Shown in pieces: positions 18,801-27,444 of a stretch of 41,390 nt of DNA. The notes under the pieces are model-generated. The model was not told the origin of the DNA, made no database searches, and worked only from the letters and a program-made list of their open reading frames with translations. Each line of letters begins with the position of its first letter. Position 1 is the first letter of the stretch. Made by a program: the position numbers and the translations under genes. This stretch comes from Myxococcales bacterium (lineage in GTDB: Bacteria; Myxococcota_A; UBA9042), in contig JBBISH010000050.1 of assembly GCA_037441385.1 (NCBI GenBank), positions 1-41,390 of the forward strand. Reading direction: 5' to 3'.

Positions 18801-21800
18801 TTGAAGCTTGGGCAGTACGGGGTGCAGCACTGGCCTTGGGGGTCGCACTTGTCCCCGGCGCTGCAGGCGCCACACGAGCCGCCGCAGCCGTCGCTACCGC
18901 ACTTCTTGTTCTTGCAGTCGGGGATGCACGGGCAGTCGATGGGCGTGCCACCGGGGTCCTTGCCCGTGCCGGTGCAAGAGTACTCGCCGGTGCCGGCGTT
19001 CCAGCCGCAGCCGCTCGTGCACACCTGCGCCGCGACGTTGGCCTTGGATTTCGGCCCGGCCTTCTGGCAGATGCGCAGGGTGTCGCCCTGGCAGCAACCG
19101 CGCAGCGGGACGCCGCCGCACCCTTCGGTGGAGATGCACAGCCCCGAGGCGTCGTCGCAGATGCCGCCGGCCGGGCAGGCGCACTGACCGCCGCAGCCGT
19201 CGTCGCCGCAGGTCTTGCCGTTGCACTGGGGTGTGCAGGTCTGTGCAGCGCCCTTGCAGTACTTCGGCTTGCCCGCAGGGCCGGCCGCGCCGCTGCTGCC
19301 GCAGCCGTAGCCGCCGTAGGACTGCCAGCCGCAGAAGCCCTTGCTGGCCTTGCAGTCCAACGTTTGCACCACCATCGATTTGCCGTCGGCGGACTCGCCG
19401 CACCATTTGAGGGTCTGGCCGTCGCAGCACGAGGTCTGGATGTCGCCGCACTTGTTTTCGGGCGGTGGCTTGCACAGGTCTACCGGGTTCTTGTATTGCT
19501 TTTGGCAAATCATGCCTTGCGGGCACTTGCACTCGTTGCCGCAGTTGTCGGTGGCTTCCGAGTACCAGGTCGAGGTGTGCTTGCAGAAGAAGTTGGTCTT
19601 GGCGACACCCTTGTCGGTCCAGCTGAAGCTGCAGGTCTTGGGGTCGGGTACGCACGGCGGGCCGCACTTGTGGTCCTTGCAGACTTGGCCGGGGGCACAG
19701 GTGCCGCAAGTGCTGCCGCAGCCGTCTTCGCCGCACTCGGCCCCGACGCAGTTGGGTTGGCACAGGCCGGCCGGGCACTCGAGCGGCACGCCGACGCTGG
19801 CCGGGGCTTCGGTGGCCTTGTCGCTGCAGAAGTAGCTGTCGGTGGTCCATCCGCACGTCATCGGTGGCTTGAACTTGCCGCAATCGACCTTGTCCTGGCC
19901 GCCAAAGGCGCAGCGAATGGCGATGTTGCCTTGGCAGCAGTTGACCTCTGGAATGCCAGCGCAGGCGCCGGTTCCGCATTTGCCCGAGGCAAAATTGCAG
20001 GTCTCTGCGCCCGAGCAGGTGCCGCAACTGCCGCCGCACCCGTCGCTGCCACAAGTCTTGCCGGTGCAGTCCGGGACGCAGGTGGGCGTGCCGGGCGGCT
20101 GGCGCGGATACTTGCCGCTTGGGTCGACGAGGCCTGGCTTGTCGACGCAACCGTACTTGCCGGCGGCCGCGTCCCAGCCGCACCACAGCTCTTGCTTGCC
20201 GCAGTCCTTCTTGGTCGGGCCGGTCGCCGTACACGTCGTCAGGACTTCGCCTTTGCAGGTGCCGGCGGCGGGCGTCTTGGGGCACTTGTCAGAGACGCAC
20301 AGGCCGGCGGCGCACAGTTCGCCCACCTTGCAGGTGCCGCACGTGCCTTTGCAGCCGTCGCTGCCGCACTCCTTGTTGGTGCAGCTGCTCTCGCAGGCGT
20401 TCGGGTCCTTGCACTTGCCGTCGGCCGTACACACCCAGCCGGTCTGGCAGGTGCCGCACACCCCTCCACAGCCGTCGTTGCCGCAGGTCTTGCCGGTGCA
20501 CTGCGGCGTGCAGCAACCCGAGATCAGTGGGTTGCATTTCTGGCCGGCCGGGCAGGTGCCGCACAGGCCGCCGCAGCCGTCGGCGCCGCAGGTCTTGCCG
20601 TCGCACTTGGGGACGCATTGGCACAGGCCCTTGCTGTCGCAGGCTGTGCCGGTGCCGCAAGTGCCGCAGGAGCCGCCGCAGCTGTCGTCGCCGCACTGCT
20701 TGCCGCTGCACTGCGGTTTGCAGACGTCTTTGCAGGTGCCGTGGGCGGTGCAGAACTGATCGGCCCCGCACTTGCCACAGGTGCCGCCGCAACTGTCGGG
20801 GCCGCAGGCCTTGCCTGAGCATTGGGGCGCGCAGACGCACTGGTCGCCTTGGCACATGGTGAGCGGGCCGCAGGAGCCGCACGACCCGCCGCAGCCGTCG
20901 GCGCCGCACGCCTTGCCCGCGCAGGCCGGGACGCATTGGCAGGTGCCGGCGTCGGTACAGACCTCGTTGGACTTGCAGCCGCCGCACACGCCGCCGCAGC
21001 CATCGTCGCCGCAGGTTTTGCCCGCGCAGTCGGGGGTGCAGGCGCCGCCGCAGGCCTTGGGATAGCTCAGGCCGGCCGCGGGCTTGCCCTTGGTGTTGCA
21101 GCCGAAGGTGCCGGTGCTGGCGTTCCAGCCGCAGGTGCCGCTGGTGCACGTTTTTTCGACCAAGATGCCGGTGCCGCCGCAGACCTTGAGCGCCGCACCG
21201 CTGCAGCACCCGGTGGGCGAGACCGCGCCGCACGCCTCGCTGCAGGTGACGACAAAGCCGAAGCTGTCGCCGACCGCAGCCGAAATGGCGGTGATGCCCT
21301 TCCAGTAGCCGACCGTGGACGGCGGGAAGTTGCTGGGGTTGCCCCAGGCGACGGCAAGCCCGTCGGTCTTGATCACCAGGCTGAAGCGCTCGCCTGCCGC
21401 CACCGCGACCACGTCTTTGAGGCCTGCCGGCACGGCGATCTGGCCAAGGGTAGAGGCGCCCCAAGCCGCGACGGTGCCGTCGGGTTTGCGGGCCACCACG
21501 TGGTCCAAACCGACGGCCACCTGAGTGGCCACAAGCCCGGCCGGCACGGCCTTCATCTTTGCATTGCCGCCAAAGACCTGCACGCTGCCGTCCTTGGCGA
21601 TGACCGCGGTGTGCTTGCCGCCCGCGGCGATGGCGGCGATGTTCGACAGGCCGCTGACCTGGCTGACGTTGCCGCCGTCGTCCCGGCCCCAGGCGACGAC
21701 CTTGCCGGACGAGGTGAGCGCGACCGAATGGAACTCGCCCGCCGCCACGGCGACCACGTTGGCCAGACCAGCGGGCACGGTGGCCTGCTTCCAGGTGTTC

Positions 21801-24382
21801 GCGCCCCAGGCCTCGACCATGCCATCTTTGCGGGCGACCAGCGCGTGGTGGTGGCCGGCGGCGAGCACGGCGACGTTCTTGCGCGTCTTGGCGCCTTCGA
21901 CGAGCAGGTCGTCCAGACCCCAGCCGACCACGGTGCCGTCGTACTTGAGCGCAAGGCCGCTCCAAATGGACGCGCCGACGGCCTTGACGGACGTGAGCCC
22001 TTCGGGAATCGCAAACTTGTTCGGATTGGTGGTGCCCACGCTCTTGACCGTGCCGCAGGTGCTGGAGTCTACGGAGCATTCACCCGAGCCGTTGCAGGTC
22101 TCGCCGGCCTTGCAGGTGCCGCAGGAGCCGCCGCAGCCGTTGTCGCCGCACGTCTTGCCGGTGCAGCTGGGGACGCAGACGAACTCGCATTGCCCTTTGG
22201 CGGTACAGGTTTTGCCGCCCGTACACAGGCCGCATAGACCGCCGCAGCCGTCTGCGCCGCATGCCTTGCCGGTGCAATCCGGCGTACACGGCTCGGCGCA
22301 TTTGCCCTGGACGGTGCAGGTCTTGCCCGGTCCGCAGGCGCCGCAGGTGCCGCCGCAGCCGTCGGGGCCGCAGACCTTGCCCAGGCAGTCGGTCTTGCAG
22401 GTGCTGGCGCACTTGCCGTTGCCGGAGCACACCGATCCCGCGTCGCAGGTGCCGCAGGTGCCGCCGCAACCGTCCGCGCCGCACACCTTGCCGTTGCAGT
22501 CTGGCTTGCAGGCGGTGGAGCAGTTGCTGCACTGCGCGCATTCCTGGTCGCACAGGGCGTCCCACGAGACGTTGCAGCAGTACGGGTCGAACGCGCAGAT
22601 GCAGTTGCCGCACGGGCCGTTGGCGCTGCCGCACTTGGGGTCGGGTGCGCACGAGCCTGCGGTGCACAGCTTGCCGCCGGGACACACGCCGCACTGGCCG
22701 CCGCAGCCGTCGGGACCGCAGGTCTTGCCGGTGCAGTTGGGCGTGCAGACGCCGCCACAAAGAACCGCGCATGCCGGGTTGGCGCACTCGTTCTGGCACA
22801 CCTTGGTCCAGTTGGTGTTGCAGGCGGGGACGGTGGCCTTGATGCAGTTCTCGCATGCCGCATTGGTGTTGTTGCACTTGTTGGACCAGCAGGTGCTGTT
22901 GGGCAGGCAGACTTCGTCGCTTTGGCAGGTGCCGCAGGTGCCGCCGCAGCCGTCGTCGCCGCAGGTCTTGCCGGTGCAGTTGGGCTTGCAGGTCAACGCT
23001 GGGCAGGTATTGGCGAATTGACTGCCAAACGGCGCTCCGGTCCCGGCGGTGTCGCAGCCGAAGATGCCGGTGCTCGCGTTCCAGCCACAGGTGCCGGCCT
23101 TGCAGGCGGTCCCGGTGACGACGCCGCCGTCGCAAGCCTTGAGCGTGTCGCCCGCGCAGCAGCCGGTCGGACCGACAGACGCGCAGTTGCTGGCACAAGT
23201 GACAAACAGGGCCCCACTTTGTTCGTCCCAGGCGCTTGCCAGGCCCGTGACGCCGGTCAGCGCCGCGATCGCAGGAATGAGCGGGTGGCTGCCGTACTGG
23301 GCCTCTGCGGTCACGGTGCCGTCGGCGAGCAAGGCCATTGCGACCGAAGCGTTGCCGCCAACTGCCACGGCCGTGGTGACGTTGGACAACAAGGGCTGGA
23401 CCTTGCCGTTGCCCCAGGCCACGACCGTGCCGTTGTCCTGCAAGGCCAACCACCTTCCGGCACCGAAGCCCAACGCCTTGGCCTTCAATCCGGGAGGCGG
23501 ATCGTTCGCGTCCATGGGAGTGCTGCCAAACACGACCACGCTGCCGTCGGTCTTGATGCCAGCAAGGTTGCCGGCGAGCCCGTAGATGGCCGCAAAACCG
23601 GTCTGGCCGTTGATGGCCGTGACTTGGCCCCAGGAATTGTCGCCCCAGGCCACGAGGCTGCCGTCGTCCTTGAGTGCCAACAAGGTGCCGAAACCGTTGG
23701 CAAGCGCCTTGACGTTGGCGAGCCCCGCGGGCACCGCGCATAGGTTGTAGGTCGGCTTGCCCGGCCCCCCGCCGAAGGTGCATTGGCCATAGACGCCGAC
23801 GGTGCCATCCGCCTTGAGGACCAGCACCACGGCTTCCCCCGCCGCGAAGGCCTTGATTCCCGTCAGCGCAGCCGTTGGTTTGAACATGGTGTCGAGGGCG
23901 ACGCTGGAGGGCCAGCCGACCAAGGTGCCGTCGTATCTGAGGGCCATCGCGTGGCTTGCAAAAACTTGAATTTCCTTGACGTTGTTCAGACCCGCGGGCA
24001 CTTCCAGTACCGGTTGGAAGTCCGACGTCCCGACGGTTGTGATCTTGCCGCACTCAAAGGCGACGGCCGGCGCAATCCAACCCAGCAGCGCTGCGCACAG
24101 CACGCCGGACGCCAGCGCGAGCCGGCGCCACAAGATCCTATGGAATCCGCTTGGACCGACCTGAAAAGTCGAGCAGTTCTTCGAGGCCAAAGCGGAGTCC
24201 CCGCCTGATTGGCGCCGGTTGCAGCGCGGGTCCAAGAGGCGGTGCAGGCGTGAGTCAGCTGGACTTGGTAATACCTGTGGATTTTGCACGGCTTGCCTGT
24301 CCCGGCCCGCGGGCGCGGGCACCGCGAGAAGTAGAGCGGTGGCCCCTCTGGCGCCGGTCCAGAGGCGTAACCTCAGCGGCAT
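12827..24382 (-). CDS. Giant (~3,800 aa) secreted Cys-rich multidomain protein: 2 RCC1-like propellers, Cys repeats, somatomedin-B-like, 3 LamG, nested SUEL lectin, C-terminal beta-sheet domain
   Basis: Uninterrupted 11.5-kb ORF. Signal-like segment LWRRLALASGVLCAALLGWIAPAVA, so the true start may be nearer 24190. RCC1/BLIP-II repeats (IAAGxxHxxALxxDGTVxAWG) at ~23200-24050 and ~21240-22060. About 19 CGxDGCGG repeats. LamG motifs (WHHVAVTY, LYLDG, DDVFVYDRALS) at ~15220-17700. Confidence 0.93.
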   Translation of the reverse strand: MPLRLRLWTGARGATALLLAVPAPAGRDRQAVQNPQVLPSPADSRLHRLLDPRCNRRQSGGDSALASKNCSTFQVGPSGFHRILWRRLALASGVLCAALLGWIAPAVAFECGKITTVGTSDFQPVLEVPAGLNNVKEIQVFASHAMALRYDGTLVGWPSSVALDTMFKPTAALTGIKAFAAGEAVVLVLKADGTVGVYGQCTFGGGPGKPTYNLCAVPAGLANVKALANGFGTLLALKDDGSLVAWGDNSWGQVTAINGQTGFAAIYGLAGNLAGIKTDGSVVVFGSTPMDANDPPPGLKAKALGFGAGRWLALQDNGTVVAWGNGKVQPLLSNVTTAVAVGGNASVAMALLADGTVTAEAQYGSHPLIPAIAALTGVTGLASAWDEQSGALFVTCASNCASVGPTGCCAGDTLKACDGGVVTGTACKAGTCGWNASTGIFGCDTAGTGAPFGSQFANTCPALTCKPNCTGKTCGDDGCGGTCGTCQSDEVCLPNSTCWSNKCNNTNAACENCIKATVPACNTNWTKVCQNECANPACAVLCGGVCTPNCTGKTCGPDGCGGQCGVCPGGKLCTAGSCAPDPKCGSANGPCGNCICAFDPYCCNVSWDALCDQECAQCSNCSTACKPDCNGKVCGADGCGGTCGTCDAGSVCSGNGKCASTCKTDCLGKVCGPDGCGGTCGACGPGKTCTVQGKCAEPCTPDCTGKACGADGCGGLCGLCTGGKTCTAKGQCEFVCVPSCTGKTCGDNGCGGSCGTCKAGETCNGSGECSVDSSTCGTVKSVGTTNPNKFAIPEGLTSVKAVGASIWSGLALKYDGTVVGWGLDDLLVEGAKTRKNVAVLAAGHHHALVARKDGMVEAWGANTWKQATVPAGLANVVAVAAGEFHSVALTSSGKVVAWGRDDGGNVSQVSGLSNIAAIAAGGKHTAVIAKDGSVQVFGGNAKMKAVPAGLVATQVAVGLDHVVARKPDGTVAAWGASTLGQIAVPAGLKDVVAVAAGERFSLVIKTDGLAVAWGNPSNFPPSTVGYWKGITAISAAVGDSFGFVVTCSEACGAVSPTGCCSGAALKVCGGTGILVEKTCTSGTCGWNASTGTFGCNTKGKPAAGLSYPKACGGACTPDCAGKTCGDDGCGGVCGGCKSNEVCTDAGTCQCVPACAGKACGADGCGGSCGSCGPLTMCQGDQCVCAPQCSGKACGPDSCGGTCGKCGADQFCTAHGTCKDVCKPQCSGKQCGDDSCGGSCGTCGTGTACDSKGLCQCVPKCDGKTCGADGCGGLCGTCPAGQKCNPLISGCCTPQCTGKTCGNDGCGGVCGTCQTGWVCTADGKCKDPNACESSCTNKECGSDGCKGTCGTCKVGELCAAGLCVSDKCPKTPAAGTCKGEVLTTCTATGPTKKDCGKQELWCGWDAAAGKYGCVDKPGLVDPSGKYPRQPPGTPTCVPDCTGKTCGSDGCGGSCGTCSGAETCNFASGKCGTGACAGIPEVNCCQGNIAIRCAFGGQDKVDCGKFKPPMTCGWTTDSYFCSDKATEAPASVGVPLECPAGLCQPNCVGAECGEDGCGSTCGTCAPGQVCKDHKCGPPCVPDPKTCSFSWTDKGVAKTNFFCKHTSTWYSEATDNCGNECKCPQGMICQKQYKNPVDLCKPPPENKCGDIQTSCCDGQTLKWCGESADGKSMVVQTLDCKASKGFCGWQSYGGYGCGSSGAAGPAGKPKYCKGAAQTCTPQCNGKTCGDDGCGGQCACPAGGICDDASGLCISTEGCGGVPLRGCCQGDTLRICQKAGPKSKANVAAQVCTSGCGWNAGTGEYSCTGTGKDPGGTPIDCPCIPDCKNKKCGSDGCGGSCGACSAGDKCDPQGQCCTPYCPSFKGCGDDGCGGNCQACPTGQQCVGTKCELIPPKPTCENTPWQGACSGETLQYCTNGKIVTQDCTSEAFCGWNAGIGAYSCGTGGGADPTGKYPKAAFGTTPKCVPQCAGKQCGDDGCGGKCGTCVGGAICGADAKCLPDPQLVKWSTPLEGCCIASTPAMRQYYKGGMGLQVATCGGTTPDCGRDSVTYEINCGKLGKTVLAPLPEQICKDCGSCTGKKPCETNKCGQLCGGCKPSTGTVCNYGTGQCEKPMLGGSQGSCSGLCGEAPNSFWPCQCDTGCEKRGDCCSNYAAWCQSAKPKPNACGNKTCEAALGETCSTCVADCGSCAVPGSFLPPWPAPYAQGQIAPGTAFQTLVNLVSGVDQVLPSGQPYPLEGLVAYTPRPNVSAGPPTSTLVTGLLKPDGVVAEVAGSQGGGFGFDKGGVPSFATQRVLLDQVLPRRPFEGGPNRGGWSVGAWFKVPKDAPDVANPLLSLKAAATDLVTCNWSRTGDSKVKLTCPNPWPSAQPKSTVRWIRAYYGSTAGSPTPNGTCGKYAQVLPDYRCQAVDAQKLVEAACLNKSECELDLLPITGDPCKDQTGVSSRLVVRAGCDYDAPGDAGAVVVEPSDAGGRLRLQMGTPPLVGPDNSTLRSQAPIDRDVWHHVAVTYHPYPPDRGPGIRRLYLDGIAQATDTLAYQPVFNEVVLGAGPLLGVPPNHSHVAGGRLAAVAHLDDVFVYDRALSDDEIGALIAKRQEGLLRVWPVMDPARVVAGNIGMTAGKAVTQPVVAANLTGPNDTLPLQASWQALGLSAGATYAPSVADADLAPLTDFTFAGWVRTGTLTAGKPLMRLLLDKSPQATIAIGSGCQNRAVTAFTGATQVPAAPACEHGLAADEWAFVALVQSGASQAVYVDGYRVGVHSLATATPLFVGANMQQARTFEAGGGVDLGWAALFGRALGDTELDAWRGLGPQVWLDGQRYNASGELRLRDYANFHHNGGAADLDRPRARKADGSAWTGADANGPLTLDNGNLAQVSVPARGRFRALDPSGVRAFSWSGRVQLTASTPANLPLVRLDDGTASTSFSASLACSRTGSAIACRVDFAGRTTEGKTVNWSSETRGATLSSSSQSFELAVALAYDGTAPRVAFGTSNLAAAGKLQMPPAKVKVAATQTSAASAGQTASNATFRMSAPAGKSVSFSSVRLYSRALADLELTRLCDQDCATVGCGAAGRVCSPGKGGATPVCAACDGKHVEAAAELGATCVQRLPFFAPCAVDAQCETDFCSNQSGRCAAKVITPECEKVCGVLGRTCVVAAAAFPDTKHTTCSKDCKAYFAPPEIEPDTGACIWTPTAQAGEVCMDDLQCKVTGKCVKTTEPIYQVDVNWSPACSGGKCPTWNGLNKQPLTCDKKFDMSYIPTNKGPEASTGATCPPVATASSNDGQRGRCAGGAAPDCAAIHRQTKLLKGAGVGGTDVAVCGDCDPTQYSGKPMWVKRWRLMSPQLCKSMVHTGVANRLLGQPGIEYMGDNLDVGALAMLVLNKPLNYIVKPKDVADMIAKGMGPKLIEMVFDQDSYLEWIKTWGFFGFQACFTPQYKAGGKSDPMTSPFFDPELNYQVCAPNQYPDGTPCPPEGVDIKLADQFCQSGFCARDTHVCEEGYGRLDDTSAGDKKDQQNSEEGDISPVRLVQRNVTTAQVKKVDDPKAKLTDKQKRSYSIAVKNVHDLEFFGATQEIFGIQSTMFGTMDEEKTSFLGQVLLMGMALPGKLEPGVGCPGASWKDGEYTPPPGGTCGPGGTDGFNPLDLVKKKLKIPAKEKCYPSPGGCKPNLYQGSNIQKYTEKGPLCYTAYNFIGPVPVKMEAAVTIDACLALGVAVDKDTQEPAYEVTPKIGVNLTVTGTAGASEGLAKLYVAVEAAITIVELAFPVKWGLTIAAAVDETVTPSSTVQNLFIVKFTRTVDMVLTILKLDLTAKAVAGVGPAKISKKLKIFSFDGWELTWNLEESDLFTKKIDFQHFTVNQ

Positions 24383-24605
24383 ACTAGGGTCGCGCGGCGA
24401 TGGCCGTCAACTGACAAGAACCCGTGCGGCTGCCGTCGTGGGCCGCCCAGGTGCGGTGGGAGCAGGCGTGGTCAGCGTGTTCGACCTTCGCTATCCCCAT
24501 CCCTACGAATTGGAGGTGGCCTTGCGTTTTGACGCGGACGCTGTTGCAGTCGACGGCTGGTTTCCCGACGCACACCGCAAGGGCTGGCAGCATCAGAGGC
24601 AAGTC

Positions 24606-25043
24606 ATGAATTCGCAAGAACAAGCGTGGCACGCCATCGAGGCGATGGTCCACCGCGAAACCCAGGCTTGGGATCGCCAAGACGCCGTGGCGCTGGTCGA
24701 TCTCTTTCACCCCGACATGGTCTGGCCCTGGCCGCCGACCGACCACGACCACGACCCCGCGACCTGGGTCTTTGTCATGGGCCGGTTCGACCGCGAGCGT
24801 TGGACACGCGGTTGGCAGCACCTTTTTGCCACGCACGACCTGGTGCACAACCGCCGCGAAATTCGCAGCATCGTCGTGACCGCCGAGGCCGATGGCGGCT
24901 ACGCCGTGGTCGACGTCGACACTTTGTGGCGAGACCGCCAGGGCCGCGACAACCACTGGCGCGGGCGGGCGTGCAAAGGGTACACGCGCATGCCCGACGG
25001 GCAGTGGAAGCTCATCCTGCACACGGGCCTCTTGGCCTACTGA
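24606..25043 (+). CDS. SnoaL-like / NTF2-fold protein
   Basis: MNSQEQAWHAIEAMVHRETQAWDRQDAVALVDLFHPDMVW...YAVVDVDTLW...GQWKLILHTG. This is an NTF2-like pattern; start taken at ATG 24606 within the called 24219 ORF. Confidence 0.85.
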   Translation: MNSQEQAWHAIEAMVHRETQAWDRQDAVALVDLFHPDMVWPWPPTDHDHDPATWVFVMGRFDRERWTRGWQHLFATHDLVHNRREIRSIVVTAEADGGYAVVDVDTLWRDRQGRDNHWRGRACKGYTRMPDGQWKLILHTGLLAY

Positions 25044-25316
25044 AGGTGCCGCGCAAAGCTGATCGTGGGTTTGGGCGCGAGCTGAGAGGTGTGGCGGCGC
25101 CCGCGCCGGGGCCTCGCGCGCGGCACTCAGGCCGAGTCACAGCCCTGTCATCATTGATGAATCGAGGGACGCGCTGGTTTGACGAGACTCGGGGCGCGGG
25201 GTAGTCTCGCCCACCGAAAGGAAGTTGCGACGCCCTCCCGGCGCGGTCGCACGCCGGCCAAGGGCACCGCAATGACCGCGCCGCGGCTCTGGCAACGGCC
25301 GCGCGACGGTACCGCT

Positions 25317-25362
25317 CGACCGTTCTCCGCGACCGTTCTGCGCGACCGTTCTGCGCGACCGT
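25317..25362. repeat. 13-bp tandem repeat (CGACCGTTCT[C/G]CG) x3.5
   Basis: Units at 25317, 25330 and 25343, plus a partial unit at 25356. Confidence 0.85.
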
Positions 25363-25458
25363 GCCGGATCGCCGCGCAGGCTGAGCACGTCCCTACCCGC
25401 CGGCCACCGCCCGGTCCGGAGCCGCCATGAAGCCACCCCGCACCCCAACCATCCGCCC

Positions 25459-26480
25459 TACAACTACGTAGGCAAAGATGGCGAGACCGGCTTCAACACG
25501 CCAACCGATGCCTCGACGACGGACCCCGAGATCCGCGCCCTGGACACCGTGTCGCTCGTCGAGTGGTGCACGAGTCAGGGCTGGCCGCCAGAGGTCGGCG
25601 CGTTTTGGGATCCGTACTGCAAATCGGCGCTTCGCGGCCCGGCTTCACAGGTGTCGGCCTGGGCGGCGATCCCGTTCCTGGGCGCCGAGTTTCAGCCTAC
25701 CTTGACGCTGCCCGGCGGCAACGCGTGGTTGCCGTTGGCGTTTGCCGGCAAGGTGGGGCTCGACAAAATCAAGACGGGCAAGACCGTAGTGCGGGTCGAG
25801 CAGAAGGGCGACGTGGTCCTGGTTGGCGTGGTGCCCACTTCGGAGTGGGCGGCGGCCGTCAACACCGTTGAAACGCTGCAGGCAAAGAGCGTGATTTTTG
25901 CGGTGCCGCACTATTTCGCGCGCCATGTGGTCAGCGGTCTGCCGGCCGATGTCGTGGCGAGCAAGTCGGCCTTTGGCTAAACCCGTACATCGTCGCCAAC
26001 TTGCACTACAGCAAACTACCCAAGGTGCCCGGTGGCTACGACAACTGGTTGCATGGCAACGGGTTTAGCCAGGTGACCGACTTCATCGTTGCCGACTGGG
26101 CCGGGCAAGCCGACCCCAAGACCCTGGCCGAGGGCCGGCCCGGCACCTTGACCTGCTACTGCCCGATTGCCGAGACGGGCGGCAGGTTCCTCTTGTACTT
26201 CTACGACTTCGACTTCTGGGAGCAGCGCATTCTGGCCGACATGGAAAAGGCGCTGCCCGATGTCCACGCCAACCTCACCGGGATCGACTTGTATCGCTGG
26301 GGTCACGCGATGATCCAGGCCCGGCCGGGGTTTGCGTTTGGCGATGCTCGCGAAAAGGCCCAAGAGCCGCTGGGTCGCATCGCGTTCGCGGCGTCGGACA
26401 TCGACGGCATCCCTGCCTTTGAAAACGCCTACGGTGTGGCCCTTCGTGCGGCCGAATACGTCAAGACGAGGATTGGCTAG
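25459..26480 (+). pseudogene. FAD-dependent oxidoreductase (amine oxidase-like), 5'-truncated and frameshifted
   Basis: Frame reads GKDGETGFNTP...LTLPGGNAWL...VIFAVPHY. A 1-nt loss at ~25980 (GGC TA- AAC CCG TAC, i.e. G-Y-N-P-Y-I-V-A-N) joins it to ...RWGHAMIQARPG...RIAFAASDIDG. No N-terminal GxGxxG Rossmann motif seen upstream. Confidence 0.8.
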
Positions 26481-26774
26481 AGCGCGTATCGGTCTAGACT
26501 TTCTCCGCGCATGCAAGCCGTCGCGCAGCGCCTCTTCCTCGCCCGATTCAACCTGGGGATAATCCTGGACGCCGCGCGCCGGTTCAGGCTGCGGAACTGG
26601 ATCCCGGCTGCGTTGGTGGCGCCCGGCGGCCCTCGGCCGCTTGGGCGGATGTTCATCGGCGGCGTCCTGCGGCGACATGATGGTGGGCGGTGTCGGCGCG
26701 GCATGGCGCACGGGCGACGGCCGCCATGGTGCCTGCCTGGCCGGCGGCATCCGACTTCTTTGCTGGGGCGAGCG

Positions 26775-27371
26775 ATGATCAAACCATTGAATCGAATAAC
26801 CTTTCTTGCCGTGCAGGTCGCGCTCCTCGTCACCGCTAGCTGCGCGCCCCTCTATGGCATGATGGGCTATCCGCCCAATCCGATGCGGGCGACGCCGCCG
26901 GTCGGTGTTCCAGCTTCCGCCATGCCGGCGGGTGCAATCGTGCCGGCCGCCAGCCTGACCGACGACGCGGGCCGAACATTCTTGCTCGGCGACCGGTTGG
27001 GGAGTGGGCCGTGGGTCTTGGTCTTCTACCGCGGCCACTGGTGTCCGTTTTGCCGCGCCCAGCTCAGCGATCTGCAGGCCCAGCTGAGCGAATTCGCCAA
27101 GGCCGGCGTTGGGATCGCCGCCATTTCGGGCGAGGACCGCGAAGACAGCGCGCCGCTTCGGCAAAGACTTGGGCTGACCTTGGAGCTGTGGACGGATCGC
27201 GACCTTGCGCTGACGCGGGCGATGGGCATCGCCGATGCCGAGAACGGCGTGCCGTGGCCGGCCGTGTACGTGGTCGACAAGGGCGGAACCGTGCGCTGGC
27301 GCTGGGTTGCCGAGACATACAAGAAGCGGCCGACGGCGCGCGAGGTCCTGGCCCAGGTTCCCCACGGTTAG
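26775..27371 (+). CDS. Peroxiredoxin-like (AhpC/TSA/redoxin) lipoprotein
   Basis: Signal peptide with LLVTASC lipobox, VLVFYRGHWCPFC redox motif, PAVYVVDKGGTVRW. Start taken at ATG 26775. Confidence 0.88.
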   Translation: MIKPLNRITFLAVQVALLVTASCAPLYGMMGYPPNPMRATPPVGVPASAMPAGAIVPAASLTDDAGRTFLLGDRLGSGPWVLVFYRGHWCPFCRAQLSDLQAQLSEFAKAGVGIAAISGEDREDSAPLRQRLGLTLELWTDRDLALTRAMGIADAENGVPWPAVYVVDKGGTVRWRWVAETYKKRPTAREVLAQVPHG

Positions 27372-27444
27372 CCGGCAAGGAGTGGCGCGGCCCGTGGCCA
27401 TTGGCGACCATCCCGAGCTACCATAGGTCGCGGGCGCTTGGAGG

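Noticed and set aside
8721..23000. Recurrent DNA motif GCCGCCGCAGCCGTCGTCGCCGCAGGTCTTGCC resembling a CRISPR-like repeat
   Set aside because: It encodes the GKTCGDDGCGG protein repeat, varies at synonymous sites and is irregularly spaced. No cas genes are present.
6299..24208. Many long plus-strand and alternative-frame ORFs (e.g. 17714-20818, 15392-17611, 21525-23021)
   Set aside because: Shadow ORFs of high-GC, repeat-rich minus-strand genes. They have low-complexity QPP/AAA/RRR composition and no recognisable motifs.
24219..24605. Long N-terminal extension of the SnoaL-like ORF
   Set aside because: It overlaps the divergent giant-gene start region and the fold pattern begins at ATG 24606. 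The stretch from ~24460 to 24590 may be a gene relic but cannot be assigned.
25190..25280. Possible riboswitch around CCGAAAGG
   Set aside because: I could not match the conserved cores of c-di-GMP, c-di-AMP, SAM, cobalamin or TPP riboswitches by eye.
26481..26774. Short ORFs between the oxidoreductase and the peroxiredoxin-like gene
   Set aside because: No convincing start, RBS or family motif in any frame.
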